Assembly (NCBI GenBank): GCA_927441705.1
Contig: CAKMKH010000060.1
Coordinates: forward strand, 13,194-77,193
From: an uncultured Acholeplasmataceae bacterium
GTDB lineage: Bacteria; Bacillota_I; Bacilli_A; Acholeplasmatales; Acholeplasmataceae
Reading direction: 5' to 3'
DNA length: 64,000 nt
The notes under the pieces were generated by a model. That model searched no databases. It worked only from the letters and a program-made list of their open reading frames with translations, and was not told the origin of the DNA. The translations under genes were made by a program, and so were the position numbers. Positions 38,560-47,601 of the stretch are shown in pieces; position 1 is the first letter of the stretch, and every line of letters starts with the position of its first letter.

Positions 38560-38929
38560 TATTATAAAGAAATATGAGTGCAAGGTTCATAGTAGCAACT
38601 TAGATCTAAATAAAGACATAATGTTTGCATTTTGTACAGATTTAATGAGTGATGCATTATTTATTATGAATACTGTTCAAGATGAAAGAATATTAGATCA
38701 TGCAATTTTAATTACTGGTCTAGCAACACAGCAGTCCATAAGAACTGCTGAGATGCTAGATATAAGTGTTGTTCTTTTAGTAAGGGGAAAAATGCCTTCT
38801 GAAAAAGTGATTGAACTTTCGAAAGAATCAAATATCATTTTATTATCCACTGACTATACAATGTTTAATGTGAGTGGATATATGTTTCAAGATGGTATTA
38901 AAGGCGTTAAGTATAATTTGAAATGGTAA
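38546..38929 (+). CDS. DRTGG-domain-like small protein
   Basis: 127 aa. The pattern ILITGLATQQSIRTAEMLDISVVLLVRGKMPSEKVIELSKESNIILLSTDYTMF resembles the DRTGG fold, although the eponymous motif is degenerate. Overlaps hydC by 14 nt. Confidence 0.5.
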   Translation: MKLTDIIKKYECKVHSSNLDLNKDIMFAFCTDLMSDALFIMNTVQDERILDHAILITGLATQQSIRTAEMLDISVVLLVRGKMPSEKVIELSKESNIILLSTDYTMFNVSGYMFQDGIKGVKYNLKW

Positions 38930-39351
38930 GCAAAGAGTATCAAATTATTGCTAAAAATTATGAGTTAGCAGGAAGAGCATCCTCTGAGATTAAAAGATTA
39001 CTAAAAAAAATGGATGTAAGTAAAACGTTACTTAAAAAAATATGTGCTGCCTCATATGAAGCTGAAATTAATGTGGTTATACATTCTGTTGGTGGTTATA
39101 TGACTTTTGATGTTTTTGATAATGAATATATTGAACTTAACATTTATGACGATGGCCCAGGTATTCTAGATATAGAACTTGCAATGACAGAAGGATATTC
39201 AACTGCTACAGAAATAGATCATGTAAATGGATTTGGTGCTGGAATGGGTTTAGCAAACATAAAAAAACTCTCGGATGTATTAGAGATACATTCTGATCCT
39301 ATGGGTACACATTTAAGAATTATATTTTTTATGGGTGAATCTGATGCATAA
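38923..39351 (+). CDS. GHKL ATPase, SpoIIAB/RsbW-like serine-kinase-type (no HisKA domain)
   Basis: 142 aa. N-box EAEINVVIHS, G1 box DDGPGI and G2 box GFGAGMGL. Confidence 0.7.
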   Translation: MVSKEYQIIAKNYELAGRASSEIKRLLKKMDVSKTLLKKICAASYEAEINVVIHSVGGYMTFDVFDNEYIELNIYDDGPGILDIELAMTEGYSTATEIDHVNGFGAGMGLANIKKLSDVLEIHSDPMGTHLRIIFFMGESDA

Positions 39352-39679
39352 AGCAAAGGAAATATTAAATGAGAATTATAATCTAGTAACAAAATTAAAC
39401 ACAATGGAAAATGATTTTGAAGGTTTGTATACAACAGATTTGTTGAGCACCGCAATTAAACATGTAAAGGATAAAGAAATATTAGTTACAATAATTGCAA
39501 CTAACACAACAATATCTTTAGCAGTTATGCTAGATATTGAGGTCATTATCATACCAGCACAAATAGAAATTGATGAACAATTAATTAATAGAGCAAATCA
39601 AGAAGATATCGCGATTATTCAGACAAGGCTTTTAACACATGAAGTGATCATTGATTTACACGAAAGAGGACTCATATGA
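39344..39679 (+). CDS. DRTGG-domain-like small protein (second copy)
   Basis: About 111 aa. ILVTIIATNTTISLAVMLDIEVIIIP...EDIAIIQTRLLTHE shows the same pattern as 38546..38929. The start could be ATG 39344 or GTG 39335. Confidence 0.45.
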   Translation: MHKAKEILNENYNLVTKLNTMENDFEGLYTTDLLSTAIKHVKDKEILVTIIATNTTISLAVMLDIEVIIIPAQIEIDEQLINRANQEDIAIIQTRLLTHEVIIDLHERGLI

Positions 39680-40365
39680 AATATGCCTATGATCTTCATA
39701 TCCATAGTGTACTTTCGCCATGTGCAGATGTTTTAATGACGCCTAATAATATTTTTAACATGGCTAAACTTAAGAGACTTGATATCATCTCAATTACAGA
39801 CCATAATTCATTAAAGCAATTATCAACATGTTTTGAGTTATCGAAAAGCTATGATATGCTCTTCATTCCAGGCGTAGAAATCACTGTTAGTGAAAATTTT
39901 GATGTCTTATGTTATTTCAAACAAATCAATGATGCTTTAGCATTTGATCAATTACTTGAAAAGTATATAGTCAAACAAGAAATCAAAAATCATAATTTTA
40001 AAGAACAAGACATCATGGACATAGATGATGAAATCGTAGGAGTTTATCCTTATGCTCTATCTGAGCCTTTAAGATTAAGCATCTATGAACTCATAGAGTT
40101 ATTAAATCCTTATGAACATTTATTAGTTTTTGCTCATGTGGATAGAAAAAAGCGTTCAGGGAAAGCTTTTATTGATTTGATTGAGCATGATGCAATTGAA
40201 ATCAATCACTTAGAAAACCAATCACTTTTTAAGACTAATAAAACAATATTATTTAATTCAGATGCTCATCAAATTACAGATATTTTAGAAAGAACAAAAG
40301 ATAATATCATATCATTAGATAAATTAGATATCGATAGTTTCTTTAAGTATTTTAATCATGATTAA
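39676..40365 (+). CDS. PHP-domain phosphoesterase
   Basis: YDLHIHSVLSPCAD, ITDHNS, AHVDR and NSDAH are the four PHP metal-binding motifs. Confidence 0.75.
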   Translation: MKYAYDLHIHSVLSPCADVLMTPNNIFNMAKLKRLDIISITDHNSLKQLSTCFELSKSYDMLFIPGVEITVSENFDVLCYFKQINDALAFDQLLEKYIVKQEIKNHNFKEQDIMDIDDEIVGVYPYALSEPLRLSIYELIELLNPYEHLLVFAHVDRKKRSGKAFIDLIEHDAIEINHLENQSLFKTNKTILFNSDAHQITDILERTKDNIISLDKLDIDSFFKYFNHD

Positions 40366-40888
40366 ATTTACTGACTATATATATGATCTCATTCAAAACT
40401 CTATAAAAGCACATGCAGATCTAATAACACTTAAAGTCACATTTTTAGATGACACATTAAATTTAAGTATTATTGATGATGGCATAGGTATGACAACGGA
40501 AGTTTTAAATCAGGTTAGAAAATTTGAATATACATCAAATCAAAAAAGAACTGTAGGACTAGGTTTATCGATGATTCATGATTTATGCGAACAAACAAAT
40601 GGTAGTTTTGATATTGATTCTATTTATCATAAAGGAACAAACCTGAATTTGAGTTTTAACTATAAACATATTGATTTTCCTAATTTTGGTGATTTAGGAA
40701 CATTAGTTTCTGATTTATATATGCATCAAGAATTAATAGGATTTAAATTTGTATACTGTATCAATAAAAATAAAATAATATATCATCTACCAAAGGCTTT
40801 GCTAGAGGATATAAGATCATTTAAAATTAAAAAATTTATTGAAGAAGATATAAACACAAACTTAAAAAAAGTTGAGGGATGTAAATGA
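40358..40888 (+). CDS. GHKL ATPase domain protein (histidine-kinase-like catalytic domain only)
   Basis: 176 aa. N-box LIQNSIKAHA, G1 box DDGIGM and G2 box GLGLS. There is no phospho-acceptor His domain. Confidence 0.65.
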   Translation: MIKFTDYIYDLIQNSIKAHADLITLKVTFLDDTLNLSIIDDGIGMTTEVLNQVRKFEYTSNQKRTVGLGLSMIHDLCEQTNGSFDIDSIYHKGTNLNLSFNYKHIDFPNFGDLGTLVSDLYMHQELIGFKFVYCINKNKIIYHLPKALLEDIRSFKIKKFIEEDINTNLKKVEGCK

Positions 40889-41256
40889 AAACACTTGAAG
40901 AGTTAAAGAAATTAAGAGATGAGTCTTTAAAAAAAATGACAATGCGTGATATCAAAAATGGATTTAGAATACAAGTAGGTATGGGCACCTGTGGAATTGC
41001 AAGTGGTGCAAGACCCATTCTAAATGCATTTTTAGAACAAGTTGATATTCATGACTTAAAAACTGTTACTGTTACACAAGTTGGATGCATGGGAGAATGT
41101 GCATACGAACCTATGGCAGAAATTATTGATGAAACTGGACAATCTTATATGTATTGCAGTTTGACCATTCCAATGGTAAGAGAGATTGTAGAAAAACACA
41201 TCATCAATCATCAACCAGTAGCAAGATTATTACTGTCATCAAGAAAGGGGTCATAA
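40885..41256 (+). CDS. thioredoxin-like [2Fe-2S] ferredoxin (HydD-like small subunit)
   Basis: GMGTCGIASGA ... VGCMGECAYEP four-Cys pattern. Confidence 0.8.
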   Translation: MKTLEELKKLRDESLKKMTMRDIKNGFRIQVGMGTCGIASGARPILNAFLEQVDIHDLKTVTVTQVGCMGECAYEPMAEIIDETGQSYMYCSLTIPMVREIVEKHIINHQPVARLLLSSRKGS

Positions 41257-41257
41257 T

Positions 41258-43069
41258 ATGTTAGAGAGAATTCAAGTCCTCATATGCGGCGGTACTGGAT
41301 GCATGAGTTCACATTCAAAAGAGATTAAAGAAGCTTTTGAAGATGAACTAATTGCTATGGGTATTAAAGAAGAAGTCAGTTTAATATTAACTGGTTGTTT
41401 TGGGCTATGTGAACGTGGTCCTGTTATTGTTATTTATCCTGATGAAACATTTTATGCACATGTAAAAGTACAAGATGTCAAAGAAATTTGTCATGAACAC
41501 TTATTAAAGGGTAGACATATTGATCGCCTACTTGTAAAAGATCCTGGTGAAAAACATAAAATAAAACAAATGAGTGAATTAAAGTTTTATTCTAAACAAA
41601 AAAGAATTGCACTTAGAAATTGTGGACAAATAAATCCTTTAGACATAAATGAATATATTGCAAGAGATGGTTATCTTGCATTAGGTAAAATATTAACTGA
41701 AATGACACCTAATGAAGTTATCAGTGAAGTTCTTGAATCAGGGTTAAAAGGTAGAGGTGGCGGAGGCTTTTTAACTGGTAAGAAATGGCAATTTGCTGCA
41801 CAGTCACAAAGCGACACAAAATATGTAATTTGTAACGCTGATGAGGGCGATCCAGGTGCATTTATGGATAGAGCAATTTTAGAAGGTGATCCTCATTCAG
41901 TTTTAGAAGCAATGACAATTTGTGGATACGCTATAGGCGCATCACAAGGATACATATATATAAGAGCTGAATATCCTGTTGCTGTTGAAAGATTAAATCA
42001 CGCAATCAAACAAGCAAAGGAAAATCAACTGATTGGAGATAACATTTTCGGATCAGATTTTTCATTTGATATCGACATAAGACTTGGTGCAGGTGCTTTT
42101 GTATGTGGTGAAGAAACTGCACTTATTAAATCTATAGAAGGTTATCGTGGAATGCCAGTGTTAAAACCTCCATTTCCTGCAATTAAAGGGTTATGGAATC
42201 AACCAACAAACGTTAATAACGTTGAGACATTCGCGAATATTCCGGTTATATTTCTAAAAGGTGCTGAATATTTTAAATCGATTGGCACTAAAAATTCTTC
42301 AGGCACTAAAGTATTCGCTTTAGGCGGAAAAATAAATAATACAGGATTAGTTGAAGTCCCAATGGGAACAACACTAAGAGAAGTTGTTTATGAAATTGGT
42401 GGCGGTATACCTAATAAAAGAAAATTTAAAGCTATACAAACAGGTGGTCCATCTGGCGGATGTATTACTGAAAAAGATTTAGATACGCCAATTGATTTTG
42501 ATAATTTAACCAAATTAGGTTCAATGATGGGATCTGGTGGAATGATCATCATGGATGAAGATAATTGTATGGTTGATGTCGCAAGATTTTATCTAGATTT
42601 TACTGTTGAAGAATCTTGTGGAAAATGTACCCCATGTAGAGAAGGTACGAGAATGATGCTTGATATACTAAATAGAATTTGTGATGGTGACGGTACTCTA
42701 GAAGATATTGATGAACTAGAAAAACTAGGTAACATGATTCAAAAAACATCACTATGCGGTCTAGGACAAACTGCACCTAATCCGGTTTTATCAACATTAA
42801 AACACTTTAGAGAAGAATATATTGCACATATAGTTGATCATAGTTGTCCTGCTGGTGTTTGTAGAAACTTAACAAACTTTGTTATTGATGATAGTTGTAT
42901 AGGTTGTACTAAATGTGCTAAACATTGTCCGGTTAATGCGATTTCTGGTTGGCCAAAACAAATTCATATAATTGACTCAGAACTTTGTATTCAATGTGGA
43001 GCATGTAAAAAAGCTTGTCCAGTTAGCGCTATTTCAAGTCAGCCTGTTGAAAGAGGTGAAGCACGATGA
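41258..43069 (+). CDS. hydB: [FeFe]-hydrogenase HydB subunit (NuoF-like; FMN/NAD(H)-binding, multiple Fe-S)
   Basis: N-terminal 2Fe-2S (CGGTGC...GCFGLCERGP). GRGGGGFLTGKKW and NADEGDPGAFMDR (NADH/FMN). ESCGKCTPCREG (N3 cluster). C-terminal 2x[4Fe-4S] (CIGCTKCAKHCP, CIQCGACKKACP). Confidence 0.92.
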   Translation: MLERIQVLICGGTGCMSSHSKEIKEAFEDELIAMGIKEEVSLILTGCFGLCERGPVIVIYPDETFYAHVKVQDVKEICHEHLLKGRHIDRLLVKDPGEKHKIKQMSELKFYSKQKRIALRNCGQINPLDINEYIARDGYLALGKILTEMTPNEVISEVLESGLKGRGGGGFLTGKKWQFAAQSQSDTKYVICNADEGDPGAFMDRAILEGDPHSVLEAMTICGYAIGASQGYIYIRAEYPVAVERLNHAIKQAKENQLIGDNIFGSDFSFDIDIRLGAGAFVCGEETALIKSIEGYRGMPVLKPPFPAIKGLWNQPTNVNNVETFANIPVIFLKGAEYFKSIGTKNSSGTKVFALGGKINNTGLVEVPMGTTLREVVYEIGGGIPNKRKFKAIQTGGPSGGCITEKDLDTPIDFDNLTKLGSMMGSGGMIIMDEDNCMVDVARFYLDFTVEESCGKCTPCREGTRMMLDILNRICDGDGTLEDIDELEKLGNMIQKTSLCGLGQTAPNPVLSTLKHFREEYIAHIVDHSCPAGVCRNLTNFVIDDSCIGCTKCAKHCPVNAISGWPKQIHIIDSELCIQCGACKKACPVSAISSQPVERGEAR

Positions 43070-44829
43070 AACTACATGTAAATATAAATATCAATGGCAT
43101 TGAATATCAAGCCGATCCTAGTGATACAGTTTTAAAAGCTGCAGAAAAAAATAATGTCTACATTCCTAGATTATGTTTTTTAAAAGATATCCATGAAGAA
43201 GGTAATTGTAGAGTTTGTTCAGTTAAAATAGAAGGACAAAAAAATCTTAAACCTGCATGTAAAACCATGGTTGAAGAAGGTATGAGAATCATAACAGATG
43301 ATCAAGAAATATATGACACAGTAACAATGAATTTAGAACTCCTTACACATAGACATCACTTTGAGTGTTTTAAATGCTCAAGAGAAAATAATTGTGAGTT
43401 TCTTGATTTGCTAAGAAAATATTCTATTGATAATGAATTTACGAACATGTATGGCATGTTTGATGAAGATGCTTATTATTATCAAGATGAATCTAATGTC
43501 ATGATTATTGATAGTAGTAAATGTATTTTATGTGGTAGATGTGTTTCTGCATGTGAAAAACTATCTGGATTAAGTGTACTAAATTTCAATGAACGTGGTA
43601 ATAAAACATATGTCGGACCTGCACTATTCCATGAATTATCAGATAGTGGATGTATTTATTGTGGTAAGTGTATAGGAGCATGTCCAACAGGTGCACTTAG
43701 AGAAGTGGATCAAATAAAAGAATTTGAAAGAGATTTAAGAAATCCGAATAAAAAAATCGTTGTTCAAGTTGCACCAGCTGTTAGAGCTGCATTAGGCGAA
43801 GAATTCGGATATCCAATAGGAACAAATGTTGAAGGCAAGTTGTTTAGTGCATTAAAAATTATGGGTGTTCATGAACTTTTGGATACAAATTTTGCTGCTG
43901 ACTTAACCATTATGGAAGAAGGCACAGAATTTATTAATCGTCTACAAAATAACGATAGACTTCCGATGTTTACATCATGTTCACCAGGTTGGATAAATTT
44001 ATTAGAATTGAATTATCCAGAATATATTCCTAATCTTTCTTCATGTAAATCTCCTCAACAAATGGCTGGAGCTTTAATAAAAACACATTACGCTAAAAAA
44101 ATGAATCTAGACCCTAAAAATATCGTATCTGTATCGATAATGCCATGTATTGCTAAAAAAGCAGAAGCAAATCGTATAGAGATGGGTAGAGATGGTTATA
44201 GAGATGTCGATTATGTATTAACAACAAGAGAGTTAGCGAGAATCATTAGAAGAAAAGGTATTGATTTTGCTAATCTAGAAAATAGTAAACCATTTGGAAC
44301 ACTTGCATCATATACAGGAGCTGGTGCTATATTTGGAGCAACAGGTGGCGTTATGGAAGCTGCGCTTAGATCAGTTAGTGAAATTCTTGATAAGAAAGAA
44401 ACACCAATTGAATTTAAGAATGTTAGAGGAAATAGCGATATCAAAGAAGCAACTTATCAAATTGCAGGTAAAGATATCAATGTTGCTGTTGTTCATGGTG
44501 GTGCGGCAATTATTCAATTTTTGGATCATCTTAAGGAAGGTCACAAACAATACCATTTTGTAGAGTTCATGGGTTGTACAGGTGGTTGTATTAATGGTGG
44601 GGGACAACCGATTGTTACAGCTAAAGATCAAGAAAAATATGATGTTAGAAAATTAAGAGCTAGTGTTTTATATAACATTGATCAAGCATCAACAGTTAGA
44701 AAGTCACACCAAAATGAATTTGTTCAAAATTTATATCGTGACTTCTTAGAAAAACCAAATTCTAAAAAAGCTCATGAATTATTGCATACAAGTTACAAAA
44801 AAAGAGAAACATATCAAAATGTTGAATAA
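43066..44829 (+). CDS. hydA: [FeFe]-hydrogenase catalytic subunit, M3 architecture
   Basis: N-terminal 2Fe-2S, a His-ligated 4Fe-4S (HHFECFKCSRENNC), and 2x[4Fe-4S]. H-cluster motifs are FTSCSPGW (variant P1), MPCIAKKAE (P2) and EFMGCTGGCINGGGQP (P3). Confidence 0.93.
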   Translation: MKLHVNININGIEYQADPSDTVLKAAEKNNVYIPRLCFLKDIHEEGNCRVCSVKIEGQKNLKPACKTMVEEGMRIITDDQEIYDTVTMNLELLTHRHHFECFKCSRENNCEFLDLLRKYSIDNEFTNMYGMFDEDAYYYQDESNVMIIDSSKCILCGRCVSACEKLSGLSVLNFNERGNKTYVGPALFHELSDSGCIYCGKCIGACPTGALREVDQIKEFERDLRNPNKKIVVQVAPAVRAALGEEFGYPIGTNVEGKLFSALKIMGVHELLDTNFAADLTIMEEGTEFINRLQNNDRLPMFTSCSPGWINLLELNYPEYIPNLSSCKSPQQMAGALIKTHYAKKMNLDPKNIVSVSIMPCIAKKAEANRIEMGRDGYRDVDYVLTTRELARIIRRKGIDFANLENSKPFGTLASYTGAGAIFGATGGVMEAALRSVSEILDKKETPIEFKNVRGNSDIKEATYQIAGKDINVAVVHGGAAIIQFLDHLKEGHKQYHFVEFMGCTGGCINGGGQPIVTAKDQEKYDVRKLRASVLYNIDQASTVRKSHQNEFVQNLYRDFLEKPNSKKAHELLHTSYKKRETYQNVE

Positions 44830-45712
44830 AAAAATATTAATATTACTTGCTTGTATAAGTATATTAGTTTTAATGTCTAGCTGTAAGAAAGATGTCCTTA
44901 ATATGCTTGTACCAAGCGGTAGCCCACAATTTGCACAACTCTATATGCAAAACAGTAGTGATTATGAAGTTACAGTTGTTCAAGGTGCAGATCCTTTAGT
45001 ATCTGCATTCGCATCAGAAAGCTATGATATTATTATTGCACCTACGAATTTAGGTGCAAAGCTTTACCAGTCAAAACAAAGTTATCAACTTGCTGCTAGC
45101 ATTACATGGGGTAATTACTATTTAATTAGTAAAGAGGTAATTAAACTAGATGATTTAGATAATCAGGATGTGATTGCTTTTGGTCAAAACCAAACACCTG
45201 ATGCAATATTACAGTATGTTCTAAAAGATATACCAGTTCAAATATCTTATCTTGATAGTGTGACATCAGTAGTATCTGATTTTATCATTGATGGCAGTCA
45301 AATTTATTTAGTTGCTGAGCCTTCTCTAAGTATACTAAAAGCATCTTATACATTGAGTATTATTGACTTACAAGACCTTTATCAAGAGAAAACTGGAAGA
45401 AATAGTTATCCTCAAGCTAGTGTTTTTGTTAATAGTGAACTTAGTGATCGTATGGTTAAAAATATTAAAGATGATTTTAAAAAATCTATTGAAGATACAT
45501 TAGATAATCCTTTAAATGCAGCTATACTTGCAATTGCTTTAGGCATTAACATGGAACAAGCGATTATTGAATCAGCAATTGGAAACTCTCATATTATATA
45601 TAAAAGTAGTGATGATGCAAAAGAAGATATTATAATTTATTTGGAAATGCTTAAAACTTTTAATTCTAATTTCACAGGAGATAATCTACCAGACGATTCT
45701 TTTTATAGATGA
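44819..45712 (+). CDS. ABC transporter substrate-binding lipoprotein (NitT/TauT/ThiY-like class, substrate unknown)
   Basis: Lipobox LMSSC. I prefer ATG 44819 (MLNKKIL...), which overlaps the hydA stop by 11 nt. The fold class is inferred from its pairing with a TauC/SsuC-like permease. Confidence 0.6.
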   Translation: MLNKKILILLACISILVLMSSCKKDVLNMLVPSGSPQFAQLYMQNSSDYEVTVVQGADPLVSAFASESYDIIIAPTNLGAKLYQSKQSYQLAASITWGNYYLISKEVIKLDDLDNQDVIAFGQNQTPDAILQYVLKDIPVQISYLDSVTSVVSDFIIDGSQIYLVAEPSLSILKASYTLSIIDLQDLYQEKTGRNSYPQASVFVNSELSDRMVKNIKDDFKKSIEDTLDNPLNAAILAIALGINMEQAIIESAIGNSHIIYKSSDDAKEDIIIYLEMLKTFNSNFTGDNLPDDSFYR

Positions 45713-45723
45713 GGGTATAACGA

Positions 45724-46458
45724 ATGAAAAATTTGTCAATTAAAATTTCATCTATTTTATCGATTCTAATGATATGGTATGTCGTCTATTTAGTTATAGA
45801 TCATCCTTTGCTAATGCCATCTTTTATCGATGTAGGAAAAGCATTTATAAAAATGTTTCAATCCAAGATATATTTATTAGCATTTGGGCATAGTATTTTT
45901 AGATTATTTGTAAGTTTATTGATTTCTAGCATGTTAGGTATTATTGTTGGATTTCTATCGGCCAAATATGATTTATTACAAACATGGATAAAACCATATA
46001 TTACTATAATAAAAACTATACCTGTTATATCCGCAATCATTATTATGTATGTGATATTTGGCTTTCAAATCGCACCTTATGTAATTACATTTCTTATGAT
46101 ATTTCCATTATTTTATCAAGCTACATATCAAGGTATAAAACATATATCTAAAGATATGATGGACGTGTATCATCTAGAAACAAGCGATTGGTATTTATGC
46201 TTAAGATTTGTTTATCTGCCAAATATAAGAGATTATTTGCTTTTAGCATTTTACCAATCATTTGGACTGGGATTTAAAGTGTTAGTAACTTCAGAGTTTA
46301 TATCACAAACAAGACAATCAATTGGTAAATTGTTATATGAAGCCAAAGTTAACTTAAATTATGATATTGTCTTTGCGTTAACTATATTCTTAATATTAAT
46401 GACTCTTTGTGTAGAATGGTTTGCGGATCGATATAAAAAACGATTAGGTGATGAGTAA
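45724..46458 (+). CDS. ABC transporter permease (NitT/TauT family-like)
   Basis: 244 aa, 6 TM segments, with an EAA-like loop SEFISQTRQSIGKLLYEA. Confidence 0.75.
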   Translation: MKNLSIKISSILSILMIWYVVYLVIDHPLLMPSFIDVGKAFIKMFQSKIYLLAFGHSIFRLFVSLLISSMLGIIVGFLSAKYDLLQTWIKPYITIIKTIPVISAIIIMYVIFGFQIAPYVITFLMIFPLFYQATYQGIKHISKDMMDVYHLETSDWYLCLRFVYLPNIRDYLLLAFYQSFGLGFKVLVTSEFISQTRQSIGKLLYEAKVNLNYDIVFALTIFLILMTLCVEWFADRYKKRLGDE

Positions 46459-46479
46459 TTTCTCATCACCTATTTTTTT
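46446..46479 (+). terminator. terminator closing the hyd-ABC gene chain
   Basis: AGGTGATGAG / CTCATCACCT 10-bp stem followed by T7. It overlaps the stop codon. Confidence 0.8.
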
Positions 46480-46541
46480 ATGCTTATGATATACTTAAAG
46501 TAATAAAATCTATATAAAATATTAAGAAATGAGTGTATCCT

Positions 46542-47549
46542 ATGAAAATTGCTGATTATTTCAAACCTAAATCACTTGTTTATACAGGTGAATATAACGA
46601 AGAACAGACATTAATCAACAGATATGTCTATGATAAAGAAAAAGTTGATGAGTTTCATGATATTGCGCTTAGTGATCAAAAACAGTATGTACAAGTAATT
46701 GGTCTTAGTGATTTAACTAAAATCAAAGAAATTAAGCAAGTGTTTAAGATTGATGACTTTATTATGGAAGATATTTTAAATGTTAATCAAAGAAATAAAA
46801 TTGAGAAAATCGGAGATTATATTTTCGCTGCATTTTCGCTAATGTATCAAGATAAAGGTGAAGTTAAAAAGGAATATATGAGTCTTGTGTTTAGTGAAAA
46901 AGTTTTAATGACCTTTCATGAAAGTGAGCCTGTGTTTTTAGCACCAATCAAAACATTAATTAACGATTATGAAGAGTTAAAAACAAATCAGTTAGACTTT
47001 TTGTTTTATCAAATACTAGATTTACTCACTGATGATCATTTGAATATATACGATGTCTTCGAAAGTGGCATGAATCAATTCGAAGATGATATCTTAGAGA
47101 CTAAACAAATTGATCAAGATAATTTTTATATACTCAGAAAACAAATTATCCAATTTAAAAATATTACGTTTCAAATCTATGATCATTTAGAGATGATACT
47201 TAAAACTGATGTCTCATTTATTAATAAATCATCAAAGAAGTATTTTGATGATTTACTAGATCATATGTATCGCCTAGACTTAAGAATTAATCAACTTAGA
47301 GAATTAATGAAGACATTATTAGATTTAGATATTAATAATCAATCAAATCGGATGAATAGAATTATGTCGACGCTAACTTTATTTTCAGCAATCTTTATCC
47401 CATTATCTTTCTTAACAGGATTTTTTGGAATGAATTTTATATACTTTGATATCTTATCATATGAGCATGCAGTTTTAATTTTTGCTGGTGTTTGTATATT
47501 TATTGCTGGTGTGATGATTTATATTTTTAAAAAGCATCGTTGGTTCTAA
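46542..47549 (+). CDS. corA: CorA-family Mg2+/Co2+ transporter
   Basis: C-terminal two TM segments with the GMNF signature (FFGMNFIYF). The start could be ATG 46542 or GTG 46533. Confidence 0.85.
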   Translation: MKIADYFKPKSLVYTGEYNEEQTLINRYVYDKEKVDEFHDIALSDQKQYVQVIGLSDLTKIKEIKQVFKIDDFIMEDILNVNQRNKIEKIGDYIFAAFSLMYQDKGEVKKEYMSLVFSEKVLMTFHESEPVFLAPIKTLINDYEELKTNQLDFLFYQILDLLTDDHLNIYDVFESGMNQFEDDILETKQIDQDNFYILRKQIIQFKNITFQIYDHLEMILKTDVSFINKSSKKYFDDLLDHMYRLDLRINQLRELMKTLLDLDINNQSNRMNRIMSTLTLFSAIFIPLSFLTGFFGMNFIYFDILSYEHAVLIFAGVCIFIAGVMIYIFKKHRWF

Positions 47550-47561
47550 TTCATAGTTTAC

Positions 47562-47599
47562 AAAAAAATGTCAAGGGTAATGATCCTTGACATTTTTAT
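47562..47599. terminator. bidirectional terminator
   Basis: ATGTCAAGG / CCTTGACAT stem flanked by A7 and T5. Confidence 0.75.
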
Positions 47600-47601
47600 T
47601 T

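Noticed and set aside
44211-44631. Three ORFs (77-89 aa) on both strands within hydA.
   Set aside because: They lie inside the H-cluster domain coding region, whose frame is fixed by the P1, P2 and P3 motifs. They have no independent support.
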